Notes under the pieces: model-generated | Database searches by the model: none | Seen by the model: the letters and a program-made list of their open reading frames with translations, nothing else | Told to the model about the DNA's origin: nothing | Shown: one piece after another, positions 23,472-35,579 of the stretch | Numbering within the stretch: the stretch's first letter is position 1 | Layout: the number at the start of each line of letters is the position of its first letter | Virus record (IMG/VR): IMGVR_UViG_3300029305_001467 | Span: 36,520-100,519 of that record | DNA: 64,000 nucleotides | From: a virus | Lineage: Duplodnaviria; Caudoviricetes | Reading direction: 5' to 3' (one strand) | Position numbers and translations under genes: made by a program

Positions 23472-26400
23472 TTTCTACCTCCAAAATCTAAATAAAAGAG
23501 TTGTTTTATTTAGTCTTCATCTGCTCTCTAAATTCATTAACATAATCATAAATACTTGCATGTGTCCAACTTCTTGTTTCACTACTTAAATGCAATCCAT
23601 TATTTTTCTTTGCTTTTTCGTGAAGAAAATTAGCAAATTCATTTACTGCATAATCTCTTTCGTTAGCACAATCACACTTCCATGAGGTACATCCTGCACA
23701 ATCTTCGCATTTAGATTCTTCCGTTTGAAATTTTCTTTTAAACTCATCTTCACTATATGAAAACCACATCGGATATCCATAAGTATCACTTTCTTCGACC
23801 CACCATCCATATTGAAATTCTCTTGACACATGAACCATATCATAAGCATGTACTTCCACTGCTTTATCAGTAACTTCTACTGTTATATAATCTTGGTCAT
23901 AGTTTGGATATGCTTCTTTCAAGAACTCTTCATAATTATCCTTTGTAAGATAAATACACCTATATTGACTATTTAATATACATTTCTTCATCTTCTACCA
24001 CCTCTCCTAATGAATTGAAAATTTCATGGCTATTCCACCTTTACCTTAATATCGTTTGACAGACCACTTGTAGCCAAAATAATCTTTGCTACCTTTTCTG
24101 CATTACAATCTCTTATTAATGCTTTTGCTAAATCTAATTCAAAGAATTTTGCTTTGTCATTAAAGCTTTTTATAATAATTCCATCATATTCTTCTCGATG
24201 ATTTAGCCATCCTTCAAATTCATCTAAACACTGTCTAATATTCTCAAACATTCAATCACCATACCTTATCAAATCTAAATTCTCCATCTCTAGTGTTATA
24301 TTCTGCCAATCTAAATCGCCCAGCAGAAACTAATCCTTCTCTAAAGCCATACCTCTTAGCCCACTTCTTATTAATTCTCTTCTTTCTATGTCTGCGAACT
24401 TGAACTGTTCCTTTAACTTTCATATCAAATTCAGGACTTTTATAAACCAAAGGATTATAAAGAATAGCATCTAATACGTCTTGATCCCATTTTGTTTTTG
24501 CTTCAAAAGTAGCTTCAGTAGGTACATGTCCACTCACAGATATAGGTAACTCTTCTTCAGCAGACAACAACGGCATCTCTAACACTGCAGCCTGGATGCC
24601 ATCCATCTTAAAGCTCCGTCCAGTTTCTTTATCTTCAATAGAAACAGAACGGAAAGTGCATTCACCAACATTAAACATTCCGTACATTATTTATCCTCCG
24701 AATTATCTAACTTTCTAAAAACTATATGTGTTTTTAATAAAACTCTCTTCTGCCTTCAAAGCATCAATCATTACTCTCTTTAAATGCTCGTCCGTTACAA
24801 CATAACAAACGTCATCCGGAACATTGTAATCTGCCAAAAAATAAGTTAATGGATTCATTAAATGTTGCTCAATAACAGCTAACTTTGTTTTTGGACTACA
24901 CATGATTACAGTTGAGTTCTTGTCTGTATACTCTTTAAAATCTTTAATTGCATTGAGAATCTGTTGTGCATTAATAGGCTCTATAGATTTGTTCGTAACG
25001 AAAGTATTGAACAACCATTTATTATCTTCTTTTTCTTGTTTGATTCTTTCTTCATATATTTTTTGATTTACTTTATCAAAAAGATTATTCATTAGCCACC
25101 TCCGGGAATATCTCAAATTCTACACAAGTTGCCACACGATGAGGATTGTTGTAATCGATATCTACAGGAATGCCCAATATAGTATTAGGTTCATCCTCAT
25201 GATCATGATGAGGCACAAATACTCCTTCAGTTAATCGTGCAATTATTTCTTCTCCAAGAATAATTTTATTTGGTCTTATGTTGTAGTTATATTCCAATGT
25301 GTCAATACTGGTACGAAGGGACTTGATAATATCTTCTGCTCTCATTAGTTCTCCTTGTTCGATTGTTTCTTATCTAATTTCTACTTCTCCATATGCTAAA
25401 TCATTATTTTCAAATATTTTATAACCATTATATAATCCGCAACTTCCACCTTTACCAAGAGTAATAAATCTTAAGGCAACTTCGTTAAGCAGATTAACTT
25501 TAACATCATACTTTGATACTTTGTTTGCTATAGAAGCAATAGTATCTTTGCTCATGAAAATATATGGACGAACTTCACCAGTTACTATAGAATATTCATC
25601 AATACCTTTATCTAACTTTTCCAAATCTAGTTCTTTAATTATTGAAAACTTCTTACTCATATAACCTCCTGTTAAAATTGATATTTTATTCTGTATAAAT
25701 CGTATTCATTATTTGTGCATATGCGAGACCATCTCGATCCAAACTTATACTCACATCAAATACTTCTTCACTGTCCAAGATTAAAAATTTCAACATGATA
25801 TCATCTTTAAGCGGTTTCATTTTACTTGCATATTCAAAACAATAATTTATTACTTCTTTAAAAGAATGAAATGTTAAGTCAGCAGATATTAACTTTCTAC
25901 TACCTTTTTCTCTGATTAATTTTTCAATTACCATATTTATTCTCCATCAAACTGATTTTGATTTACTGCATAATACTTAAAAACGAATTCACCAACCTCT
26001 GCCGAAGTTGAGTAATGATAGATGTAATATCCCGCTTTCTTCTTTTCTTCAATTTCTTTTTCAGCGCAATCCATCAATTCATCATACTTATTACTTCTCA
26101 GCTCTATGTTTTCTATTCTTCTTATCAAGTAACTCACCTATCCTTATATTGACTTTTATTTTTCTTTCTTCATAACACTTCTTTGCTCGCTCAAACAAAT
26201 CAATAGTGTCCCCATTTAGAGCTGCATTAAAGTTATAATAGCAACCACCTCTGTTATATCCTTTAATTGTTTCCTTGCTATATTCAATTGCATGTTTATC
26301 ATCTGTCCAGCCACTTACATCTATTGAACCTGCCAAATAGTTACCACATTCGCACTTATAATGTCTTATGGGTCTACCATACCCATCTCGCACATTCGTA

Positions 26401-27368
26401 ATAGTTTCTTCTCCCTTGTATGGATTATCATTTCTGATTTCTTCCTTGTTGCATTCCGGGCAATAAAATAATCTACTCATAATTCACCTCTCAATAAAAC
26501 GGTACTTCTATTAGTTTGCCCAAAGTCTAATTCCACGTTCTTCACATAACATTCCAAGAAAACTACTTCTTTCACATAAATCCTTTTCATACTCTTCTCT
26601 TTCTTGGATGTCTACCAAATCATATCCAAGTTCATACATCCGTTCCGTTTGACTACCTAAAGAATCAAAAGCAACTTCGTAATACTCATCTTCTAACTCT
26701 TTATCAGTTACAGATGCGGCCCATTTAATAATTGCATCTCGTTCAGATTTCTTCATTGGTATCCTCCTTACTTATCCAACAGCCAATCCAACTCATCAAC
26801 AATATCATTCAATTCTTCGTTATCCTTTGTATATAAATCAGCGATTTCTTTATCTGTCATTTGATATCCAAGATAATCCCAACCATTAACTATAAATTCT
26901 CTATAAGTTTCTGTGTTAGTTGCTCCTTCTAAACAATCACAAATTCTTCTATCTAAGTTATCTTTAATATTCTCCATAACAACCTTCCCTTTAATAACCA
27001 ACTCTCACAACCGACACAATGCCATATTCTTCTTCATAATCTAAATTGTCTAGTGCGTCACTGGGCGTTTCACCCTCATGAATTACCGTATAACCATTCT
27101 CAAAAACTATAATCCATTTATAAACAAGTCTTCCCATCGTTACCTCCATATATAATCTCTTTAACTTTTTCTATTATTTCTAAGAAATATTTACGTCCCA
27201 TTCTAGGAGGATAACATACATATATATTATCTTTATTCTCTATCTCTTTTATAATTTCTTTCTGAATTGGAAGTAACTTAATATTGAACTTCTGCTCTAC
27301 AAATTCTATACAATCCATGTTATCCTCCTTTCTCCATGAAACTGATGTTTTATCGGGAAAATCGACCT

Positions 27369-27398
27369 CTGAAACCCTTGAAAATAAAGGGTTTCAGA
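27369..27398. terminator. Hairpin downstream of ligase
   Basis: CTGAAACCCTT-gaaaata-AAGGGTTTCAG inverted repeat. Confidence 0.45.
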
Positions 27399-27412
27399 AA
27401 GCCAACTTCCAA

Positions 27413-29344
27413 TTAACCTAACATTTTCATAAAATCTTCTTCTGAAATAACCGGAATTCCCAATTCTCTTGCTTTTTTGTTCTTTCCTGACGAGCTAGTA
27501 ACATCATTATTGATGAGATAGCTTGTCTTGGCACTTACAGAACCAGATATCTTACCACCAGCTCCTTCTATTACGGAAACCAACTCATCTCTGTTCTTAT
27601 AGTGAACCAATGAGCCAGTAATTACAAATGTCTTTCCGTTCAAATCAACACCACTACTCTTATCTTCTACTTTTTCAAATGTAAATTCTTCAATTAAAGC
27701 ATAGAAGTATTCTTCATTATTCTTCCACCAACTACTTAATGATTTCTGCATTTCTGTACCAAATCCATCAATAACAGTGAAATCGTAGTGGGCGTTCATA
27801 AAATTGATAAAAGTCTGAACATCATGATGACAATGATTTGCAATATCCTTGCTTGCAGACTTACCGATTAATGGAATCGAAAGCGAATACAATAATCTTG
27901 TCATAGTAATTTTTCTGCTTGCTTCAATGTTATCTAACAATCTATCTACCGACTTATCGCCAAAACCGTCATATTCCTTCCAATTCATTCTGTACCAATC
28001 AAGCTTATAAACATCCTTAATACTTGTAAGCCAACCACGCCCAATAAGAAATTCGATGGTTGCTTCACTCATACCATCAATATTCAATGCGTTCTTACTT
28101 ACTGCATGAGTTAATTTACCAAGCAACTTACCTTTACAATTCGGATTATCACAAACAACAACCTTAGTATCTTTATCCTTTACAATCTTGGTTAATCCAC
28201 CACAAATCGGACATTCGCCAGGAAATGTTACAGTACCACTTCTTGTTAAGTTATCTGCTATCTGTGGGATTATCATATTGGCTTTGTAAACTGTAATAGT
28301 ATCACCAATACCTAATTCCAAATCCTGTACCATACTCCAATTATGAACAGATGCACGACTTACTTCAGTTCCATCAATCTCTACTGAATCGAAAATCGCT
28401 ACTGGACAGAGAGAACCCGTCTTACCCATTGTCCATTCTACATCTCTAAGTGTAGTAGTCACTTCTTCATCATAAAACTTGAATGCTAAACTATGTTTTG
28501 GATGATGGCCCGTCATTCCAAGAGATTTACCATATTCCACATTATCATAGGTGATTACAAGACCATCAATCGGATAACCTTTTTCTTTAGCAACTTCCTT
28601 TAATCTCTCAATAATTTCATTGATGTCATCCTTTGAGCTATTATATTTTTCATAAGGAACAACTTCGAAACCATATCTCGCAGCAATATCAAATCCGACA
28701 GAATATGCAGTCACTCCAAATGGAATCTTCCAAGCAACAAATCTTACATGTCGATCTTTTGTAATATTACTGTCTAACTGTCTTACAGATCCACTTGCAA
28801 GATTTCTACAATTCTTATATTCTCCATTTATATTGATTTTCTCAAAGTCATATTGAGTGATAATAGCCTCTCCTTCGATTTCAAACTTTCCATCATAAGG
28901 AATATTGCTTGGCAGATTATCGAACACCTTTGCATTATGAGTAACAATTTCTCCCTCTTCGCCATTTCCACGAGTTTCAGACTGAGATAAAGCGCTATTA
29001 TTATAGGTATTTAAAATCGTAAGACCATCTAATTTTAGGGAGATAATACAATCTCTACCACTAGAAAACTCAACTAAATCATCAACATTCTTTGTCTTAT
29101 CAAGTGATAACATAGGATGACTATGTTTAACCTTTTCGAGCTTTGACTTCACTTCGTAACCAACTGTCTGTGTTGGTGAATTCGACATGACTACACCGGT
29201 TACATACTCCAATGTTTGTAATTCGTCAAACAAACTATCATATTCATAATCTGAAATTAGAGACTTTGAATTGTTGTAATATGCATCCCTATATATGTTA
29301 AGCTGCATTACTAATTCTTTCATTCGATTAATCCTTTCCAACAT
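27413..29344 (-). CDS. ligA: NAD-dependent DNA ligase
   Basis: YY...SDYEYD, KLDG adenylation motif, TRGNG, Zn finger, HhH repeats, C-terminal BRCT (FVITG). Confidence 0.95.
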   Translation of the reverse strand: MLERINRMKELVMQLNIYRDAYYNNSKSLISDYEYDSLFDELQTLEYVTGVVMSNSPTQTVGYEVKSKLEKVKHSHPMLSLDKTKNVDDLVEFSSGRDCIISLKLDGLTILNTYNNSALSQSETRGNGEEGEIVTHNAKVFDNLPSNIPYDGKFEIEGEAIITQYDFEKININGEYKNCRNLASGSVRQLDSNITKDRHVRFVAWKIPFGVTAYSVGFDIAARYGFEVVPYEKYNSSKDDINEIIERLKEVAKEKGYPIDGLVITYDNVEYGKSLGMTGHHPKHSLAFKFYDEEVTTTLRDVEWTMGKTGSLCPVAIFDSVEIDGTEVSRASVHNWSMVQDLELGIGDTITVYKANMIIPQIADNLTRSGTVTFPGECPICGGLTKIVKDKDTKVVVCDNPNCKGKLLGKLTHAVSKNALNIDGMSEATIEFLIGRGWLTSIKDVYKLDWYRMNWKEYDGFGDKSVDRLLDNIEASRKITMTRLLYSLSIPLIGKSASKDIANHCHHDVQTFINFMNAHYDFTVIDGFGTEMQKSLSSWWKNNEEYFYALIEEFTFEKVEDKSSGVDLNGKTFVITGSLVHYKNRDELVSVIEGAGGKISGSVSAKTSYLINNDVTSSSGKNKKARELGIPVISEEDFMKMLG

Positions 29345-32329
29345 TATCCCTCCTATCCAACAATATAATCTTCAAAGTGATATAATCTTCTCTTTTGTGC
29401 TTCCTCGACAGTCATGACAAAAACGCAATATCCAGTTGTTACGACATATTTACCAGGTGCCTTTTCACTTAAATATTCTCTAACCATGTCTGCAAACTTT
29501 TCCATATATTCCTCAATTAAACTATTTCCATAATCATCCTCATACATGGACTCATCAAAATATCTACCAAAGACCAATGCACCTTCGCTCTCTTCAAAAT
29601 TACACTTAAAATCTAAAAACTCTTCTTCTAATTCTCTATCCATGAGTTATCTCCTAATAAAATCTCGAATCTATTATCTTCCATCGTCTATAAGTTTCTC
29701 TTCTAACTTCATATTCCCTATTGTCAATCTTGCAATCTCTTCAATGGATTTTAAATAGGGACATATCTCCAAATCCCTATCGTCAGCGTTACAATAACCA
29801 AAAGAAGATTTTCTGCACAACTTATGTCGTGCCATTTCGCATTTACTTTGATTCAATAGGTCTCACTCCTCTGTTGTCATCCCAAGACTCATAGTAATTT
29901 AACTTCATCTTTTCAAACATATCTTCCATAAATTTCTCTACTTCTTCTACCGTCCAATCAGAAAAGAATTCTAAATTAATATTTTTTTCTTCATCAAATA
30001 AACTGATCTGCGTCTCATAACAATATGTAAAGGGCTTCCACCAGTCGTCTCTGCGTTCCTTTGGAACATAATCGTGCGACCACTTCACTACATCAATGAA
30101 GTATTTTTTGCCAAACTCATCATCAAATCTTTTCTGAAACCTGGTTATCACAGATTCGTTATCAAATGGAGTTGGTGCATACTGCTTGTATCCACGTTCA
30201 ATTAGGTATTCGTCGGTCATTTTATTCACCATCCTTTGACTTTAACTGCTGCTTATACTGATAAATACACTCTCTTACAATCATAGGAATATTGGGTTTT
30301 GCTTGATAGAAACAGTCAATCTTTTCTAGGTTTCCATTGCGCTCAGATTTCTTTTTCAATTCATCATATAGGTTTTCTATTACAATTTCTTCTCTTTCTA
30401 CTGCTCTAATAACATCTTTTAATTCAGTTGTAAATAAACTTCCCACTGCAACCTCATATTCACATCTGCTCCAAAGTTCGTGTCTAAGAATTGATTCAAT
30501 CTCTCTACACAATCCATCAAATCCATATATCACTTCCTTGCTCAAAAAGGATTCATATTTGAAATTCTTTGGAGAACGTAGATATTTTTTAATCGCTTTT
30601 TCTGTCCATTCTTGAACATAAATATTTCTAAAAATGTTATGCATATAAACCTTATTACGGTTAAAATCATGATTTAAAACATAAAACTCAAACTGCATTT
30701 ACTCATTCTCCTTTACTGTACATATACCAAGTTTTACAGTTCCGTTTACTACATCAGAAAGAGGTATATCAAATAGTTCTGCTATTTCAACAGCATCCAC
30801 TTTTCTTGTTATAACCATATTTCCATTCTCATCTATGGTAGATTTCACATCTGCATCAATTATTTTTATTGTTTTTTCTACTTCTGGAATTACAAATACC
30901 ATTCTTATTCCCTCTTCCACCAATGAAATGTAATATTTATTTAGACTTCAGTTTATTAGCCAACATTTCTAAGTTCTCAATCTGTTTATTTTTAACATCA
31001 ATGAGTCCTAAATAATAATCCAACTCATCCTCAAGGGAGGAAACCTCGTTAAGAGCATCATCTAGTTTTAATACTAAATCCCAATTTTTTTCAGAAATTA
31101 AATAATTCATCTTATCTGCAAGCTCCTCATTGTAATACTCTTCAATCACTCTTAACGCATCTTCTAAACTATTAATCTGTTCCCAATTGCCGTTTATTAA
31201 AATCAATTACACCACTCCTAACTCCGCCAACTTCTTAGTAGCTTCTTTGATAGTATCCTTCAATTCCTCAATCATTTTTTCCTTTTCTTCTTCTGCTTTC
31301 TTATCTGCTAATTCCTTATTATCTGCATAAAACTTATCTTCAAAATCCCAATAGTCATGCTCATCCCCGCCCCAATGTTTATAAGCGATGTTTATAATCT
31401 TTTGTAATGAGAAGTCACAGAATGAAGCGTCACATCCATGTCCACAACAATGCTTGTCTTCTCGATAATCTTCCATATCCGGTGTACATTGACAGTAGCC
31501 CCAAAGTCGTTCTTCTATTAAAAAACATAACTTATAATCATATCCAGCGTATGTATAGTCGTAACATCCGTCTTCGAATTCAGCAGATGAATATAAAACA
31601 ACACGAGCATCAATAATTCCACTATAATCATTCTGAGACTTATCAATCGTAATCACATAATCAGAATATTCTTCCAAGTCATTGATAAACTCGTTGAACT
31701 CTTTTGAGTTGTTTTCAAAACTCTTGTACAATGTAGAAATAACAAATGGAATATCATAATCAAATTCATCATTCCATCTTTTAAGTTCTGTGATAAATCT
31801 GTCTAAAAACTCTTGTAATGTTTTATTCTCTAACTTTCTCATTATTGCGTCCTCCTTAATTTTCTTTATGAAACGCAGATTCTAAAGCGGAATTTTCTTC
31901 TTCCAAGCAATAACTTCACATCCACTATAATCACCATAAGACCACATATATGTACCATTCATCATAGGAATAAGTTTATCTGTTATAATCTTTTCTTCTC
32001 CATTTTGAATAAACTTCAAATCAACTTCTTCCTCAATTGGCGGTGCTTGCTTAGTAAAATCAACCCAACTATCCATTCCTAATACATCTTCAAAAACAGA
32101 AACCAACTCCACTTCTTTTACAATATCTCCCATTGGAACGCTTCTAATTTCGATTGGCTCATCGACATTAATAGTATTATTCATTGTTATAATTCTTCCT
32201 TTGTCGGTCTGATAAATAAAGCCAAGTGCTTCTTCTCTGCCACAAATAATGTATTCTAATTTACTTTTTCTGTTTTCTTTCTTCACTTTTCCTCTCCTTA
32301 AAATGCGGATTCAAAGGGCTAAAATAGCC

Positions 32330-33157
32330 CTATTCGTCCACTAATTCTGTGTCATCTGTAACTGTTGCATTATCATAAATGTCAACAATCGTATCCTCAT
32401 TTGGAATAATAGTCACTTCTTCATCATGCATCTTCCAAAACGAGATTTGGTTTCCTTTTGCGTGAAGAACTTTACCATCCCAATCCAAAACATCTGTAGA
32501 CACCTTAACTTTACCAGCCAGCAAGGTCATCAATTTTGCTCTCTTGCCTACATAATTAACATTCTCTGTTCTTTCTTCAATTTCTGGATAAATTGCTTTT
32601 ACCTTTTCATACATATCAGGCATATAACGCTTTAATTGTGTACAGAACTTTGGCGCATCATCTTTCTGATATGACTTAATTTCTCCACCCATTAATGCTT
32701 CTGGTCTATACTTAATAAGTTCAACCACAAATTCTGGCGTAAAATCTTCTTTCTTTATAATGTCTCCGTCAATAAAGAACTTCCTATCACGAATAGAGTT
32801 TGAATAATTGATTAAGTGTGGCAGATTCAAATAAACATAATCTCCTATGTAACATACGAAACCTAAATTCTTCTTTGCATATTCAACATCGCCATATTTA
32901 TCTTTCATCTTGCTAATCAAAACTCCACAACTACGAGCTACTTTTGTATATCCCTCTTGTCGCTCTATCTTTCCATAAGGGCAACTATGTGAATAAAGAC
33001 CGTTTAACATAACGCACTTCGCACGCTTATAAGCATCACAATTCTCTGCATTATTACAAAAATAAACTGTTGTACGTTCTCTATCACTCTTACCTGCCTT
33101 AAATAGACTTGTACGAGGGTTGTAATATGTAAAATTTATTGGTTTATAGTCTCCTAT
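32330..33157 (-). CDS. Conserved phage hypothetical protein (Cys-containing)
   Basis: GAGGTGA-atgtt-ATA start in frame, downstream of boundary site 33184. Confidence 0.6.
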   Translation of the reverse strand: MGDYKPINFTYYNPRTSLFKAGKSDRERTTVYFCNNAENCDAYKRAKCVMLNGLYSHSCPYGKIERQEGYTKVARSCGVLISKMKDKYGDVEYAKKNLGFVCYIGDYVYLNLPHLINYSNSIRDRKFFIDGDIIKKEDFTPEFVVELIKYRPEALMGGEIKSYQKDDAPKFCTQLKRYMPDMYEKVKAIYPEIEERTENVNYVGKRAKLMTLLAGKVKVSTDVLDWDGKVLHAKGNQISFWKMHDEEVTIIPNEDTIVDIYDNATVTDDTELVDE

Positions 33158-33204
33158 AACATTCACCTCTTTCAAAAATCTTCTTAAAACGTGGGTTCTA
33201 TTGT

Positions 33205-34128
33205 CTAATATTCCCACTCGTCTTTTCTTAAATCAAATGCATCGCCACATTCAATGATGTCTGGATAGTTCTTCAATGCAACCTTCATTGCATAAGAATC
33301 AATTTCATATGCCTTATATGTAACATTCGTATATCCAAGCTTCTCCAAACAGTATCTTCCAGTTGCAATACCGTCATACATAGACAGAACTTCAATAGGA
33401 TAATCCTTTGGAATATCAAGATAGGAAAGAATATGAATAATTACATCAGCAGTCCATCCGTTACCAAGACACTCATAGCGCCATCTATCCGGAATGCCAT
33501 TGGTATATCCAACCGGCAATGTCTGTAACTTCTCAACTTCTTCTGGGTACATCTGTCTAATTCTACCCTTCTGATCCTCGTATTCCTTTCTATTATCTCT
33601 TTTCCATAGTTCCTTCTGATATTCTGGTGTACAATCTTCAAACACTGCTTGTCCCATACTCTTACCAAAATATCTTCTTCTCAAATATGCCTGGCTGCCA
33701 CAGAACCCAGCGTATCTTCTGGCAATACAGAGTGATTTATCTCTATCTACTACGCCACTGTTGATAATGTCCTTTAACAAGATACCTCTATCCTCTGGCT
33801 GTTCAACGCCAGGAATATTAGTCCAGTAAACTCTCTTTCTTGTCTGGGCAGACACCAATGCAGAGTCAATTGAGATATAATCTACTCCAAGCAGCTTACT
33901 TACTTCATTCTTAATTGCCGGCGCAATAGACTGGTTATTCTCTGCTAAGAAGAAGTCTGGCTTGAACTTTTCTTTTGCCAACAAATAGTTATAAAACAGT
34001 TCCCATCCTTCACCACTATACGGCTGTGTTTCTCTATCCTCTGCTTTCTGTGCAATACTAAACTTAGTACACGGAAATCCTCCGATTAATAATCTTAACG
34101 GTCTTCCATTTAACTCTTTAATATCCAA
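33205..34128 (-). CDS. Circularly permuted C5 cytosine DNA methyltransferase
   Basis: Motif order IV (GGFPCT), VI (ENN), VIII (QTRKR), IX, X (LGNGW), I (LSMYDGIATG), II (YEID), III (GDAFD). Confidence 0.9.
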   Translation of the reverse strand: MDIKELNGRPLRLLIGGFPCTKFSIAQKAEDRETQPYSGEGWELFYNYLLAKEKFKPDFFLAENNQSIAPAIKNEVSKLLGVDYISIDSALVSAQTRKRVYWTNIPGVEQPEDRGILLKDIINSGVVDRDKSLCIARRYAGFCGSQAYLRRRYFGKSMGQAVFEDCTPEYQKELWKRDNRKEYEDQKGRIRQMYPEEVEKLQTLPVGYTNGIPDRWRYECLGNGWTADVIIHILSYLDIPKDYPIEVLSMYDGIATGRYCLEKLGYTNVTYKAYEIDSYAMKVALKNYPDIIECGDAFDLRKDEWEY

Positions 34129-34184
34129 TTCTTATTCAGGAGCAAATTGCAATTTAACCGGTATACCAAACCCATTTCCTCCTT

Positions 34185-35087
34185 CTAAATATTCTTTAAT
34201 CCTTTAAAAATGTGTTCAATGGTAGGTTCATTCCATGCATTACCCATTAGACTGCAACGCTTCGTATAAGAAATCTTTCTACCATCTACTTCTACATTAG
34301 TAAAATTATCAGCGACACCTTGTAATCGCTCATACTCAATCTCTGTCAATTTTCTTGCTCTTCCATCATCGAGAACCTTTTTCTCATGATACCCGCCATT
34401 GATGCAAGTTAAGGTAGCACACTTAAAATTTGGATTATAAATACGTCTATTCATCTCCATAGTGTTTACCTTCAACTCTGCACAAACTTTCTTACTCATA
34501 TCCAAGATTTCAAAGTCTTTCTTATAAAAATACTTTTCATCCACATTAGACTCCATAATATCTTTCAGAACTAACTGATTATTTTCTGGAAGTGGTTCAA
34601 TCGGAATATTTGTCCAATAGTAACGCTCTCTGTCTTGTGCAGAAAATCTATTACTGTTGATAAGAATTCCTTTAACTCCCATGATTCTATCTAGTTCTGC
34701 CAAATCTTCATCGTTAGAAGGAACTACATTTTCTGCCATAAACCACTTTGGTTTAATAATTTCTAGTGCCTTCTGTAATTCATAAACAATACCAGACTTA
34801 CCAAGAAGCCCATTGTTTACTTCTTTGTTTTCGATCCGTGCTCTGGAAAGAGACTGACAACACATGCCTCCAATCACTAAATCAAATCCCTTGTAGTCAC
34901 TCCAATCTGCTTCAAATAAATCTCCATGATGAATTACAAATGGGAAATGATGGGACGATACTGCAATTGCCTCTGGCAAAATCTCATATGTATGGTATTC
35001 GGCAATTGGAATACCTAAGTTCTGAAGAGCAATAATACCAGTCTCAATTCCACCACACAGACTTAATACTCTTAATCCTTCTTTCAA
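34185..35087 (-). CDS. C5 cytosine DNA methyltransferase (canonical order, PC replaced by CC)
   Basis: LSLCGGIETG, GGMCCQ, ENV, QDRER, GNAW. Confidence 0.9.
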   Translation of the reverse strand: MKEGLRVLSLCGGIETGIIALQNLGIPIAEYHTYEILPEAIAVSSHHFPFVIHHGDLFEADWSDYKGFDLVIGGMCCQSLSRARIENKEVNNGLLGKSGIVYELQKALEIIKPKWFMAENVVPSNDEDLAELDRIMGVKGILINSNRFSAQDRERYYWTNIPIEPLPENNQLVLKDIMESNVDEKYFYKKDFEILDMSKKVCAELKVNTMEMNRRIYNPNFKCATLTCINGGYHEKKVLDDGRARKLTEIEYERLQGVADNFTNVEVDGRKISYTKRCSLMGNAWNEPTIEHIFKGLKNI

Positions 35088-35184
35088 TATTCATTAGGAG
35101 TAAATAGCTATTTGATGTCATGACAAACCTCTTACTCCTTTCTTGATAAAATTAGTATTTCAAAAATAATTTGGGAAAATCGCA

Positions 35185-35310
35185 TTGAATAATGCTAAAA
35201 GAATTGATATAATATGTATAAGCAATACGTCTATCCTTTGCGATTTTCGTGTTGTGTATGTGTGAGTACTCAGTAAGCTTTGGTCGGTGAGCTGGGTACT
35301 CATATTATTT
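35185..35310 (+). ncRNA. Candidate small RNA with own sigma-A promoter and terminator, antisense to the array
   Basis: TTGAAT-17-TATAAT with TG extension; closing stem GAGTACTCAG...CTGGGTACTC followed by AT/T tract. Confidence 0.45.
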
Positions 35311-35579
35311 ATTTCTCTATTGCACCTGTAATATTTTCAAACAAATAAATACTGTTTCTTGTAACAACTTCTACTGTATTATCATCATCGTTGTATGATT
35401 CAATAATTGAAGTTCTCATCATCTTATCTGTGTCATCGTCCCACACAAAACATAAATGATAACCTGGTTGCATAAGTTCTCGATATAAAATCTCACCACT
35501 CATATTTGGATGGATTGATTTTAATTCGTTGTAAGTATCAATTTTCTCAATTCCTTCTCTGCCTTTAATACTTATAATT

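Larger units (their letters stand above)
11835..27318 (-). other. Array of about 40 small co-oriented hypothetical genes
   Basis: ORF track plus RBSs; most units bounded by the 18-bp sites. Confidence 0.75.

Noticed and set aside
34110-34175. Short uORF MGLVYRLNCNLLLNKNWILKS overlapping the permuted MTase start
   Set aside because: The ATG is only 2 nt from the SD and there is no equivalent ORF in the sister leader.
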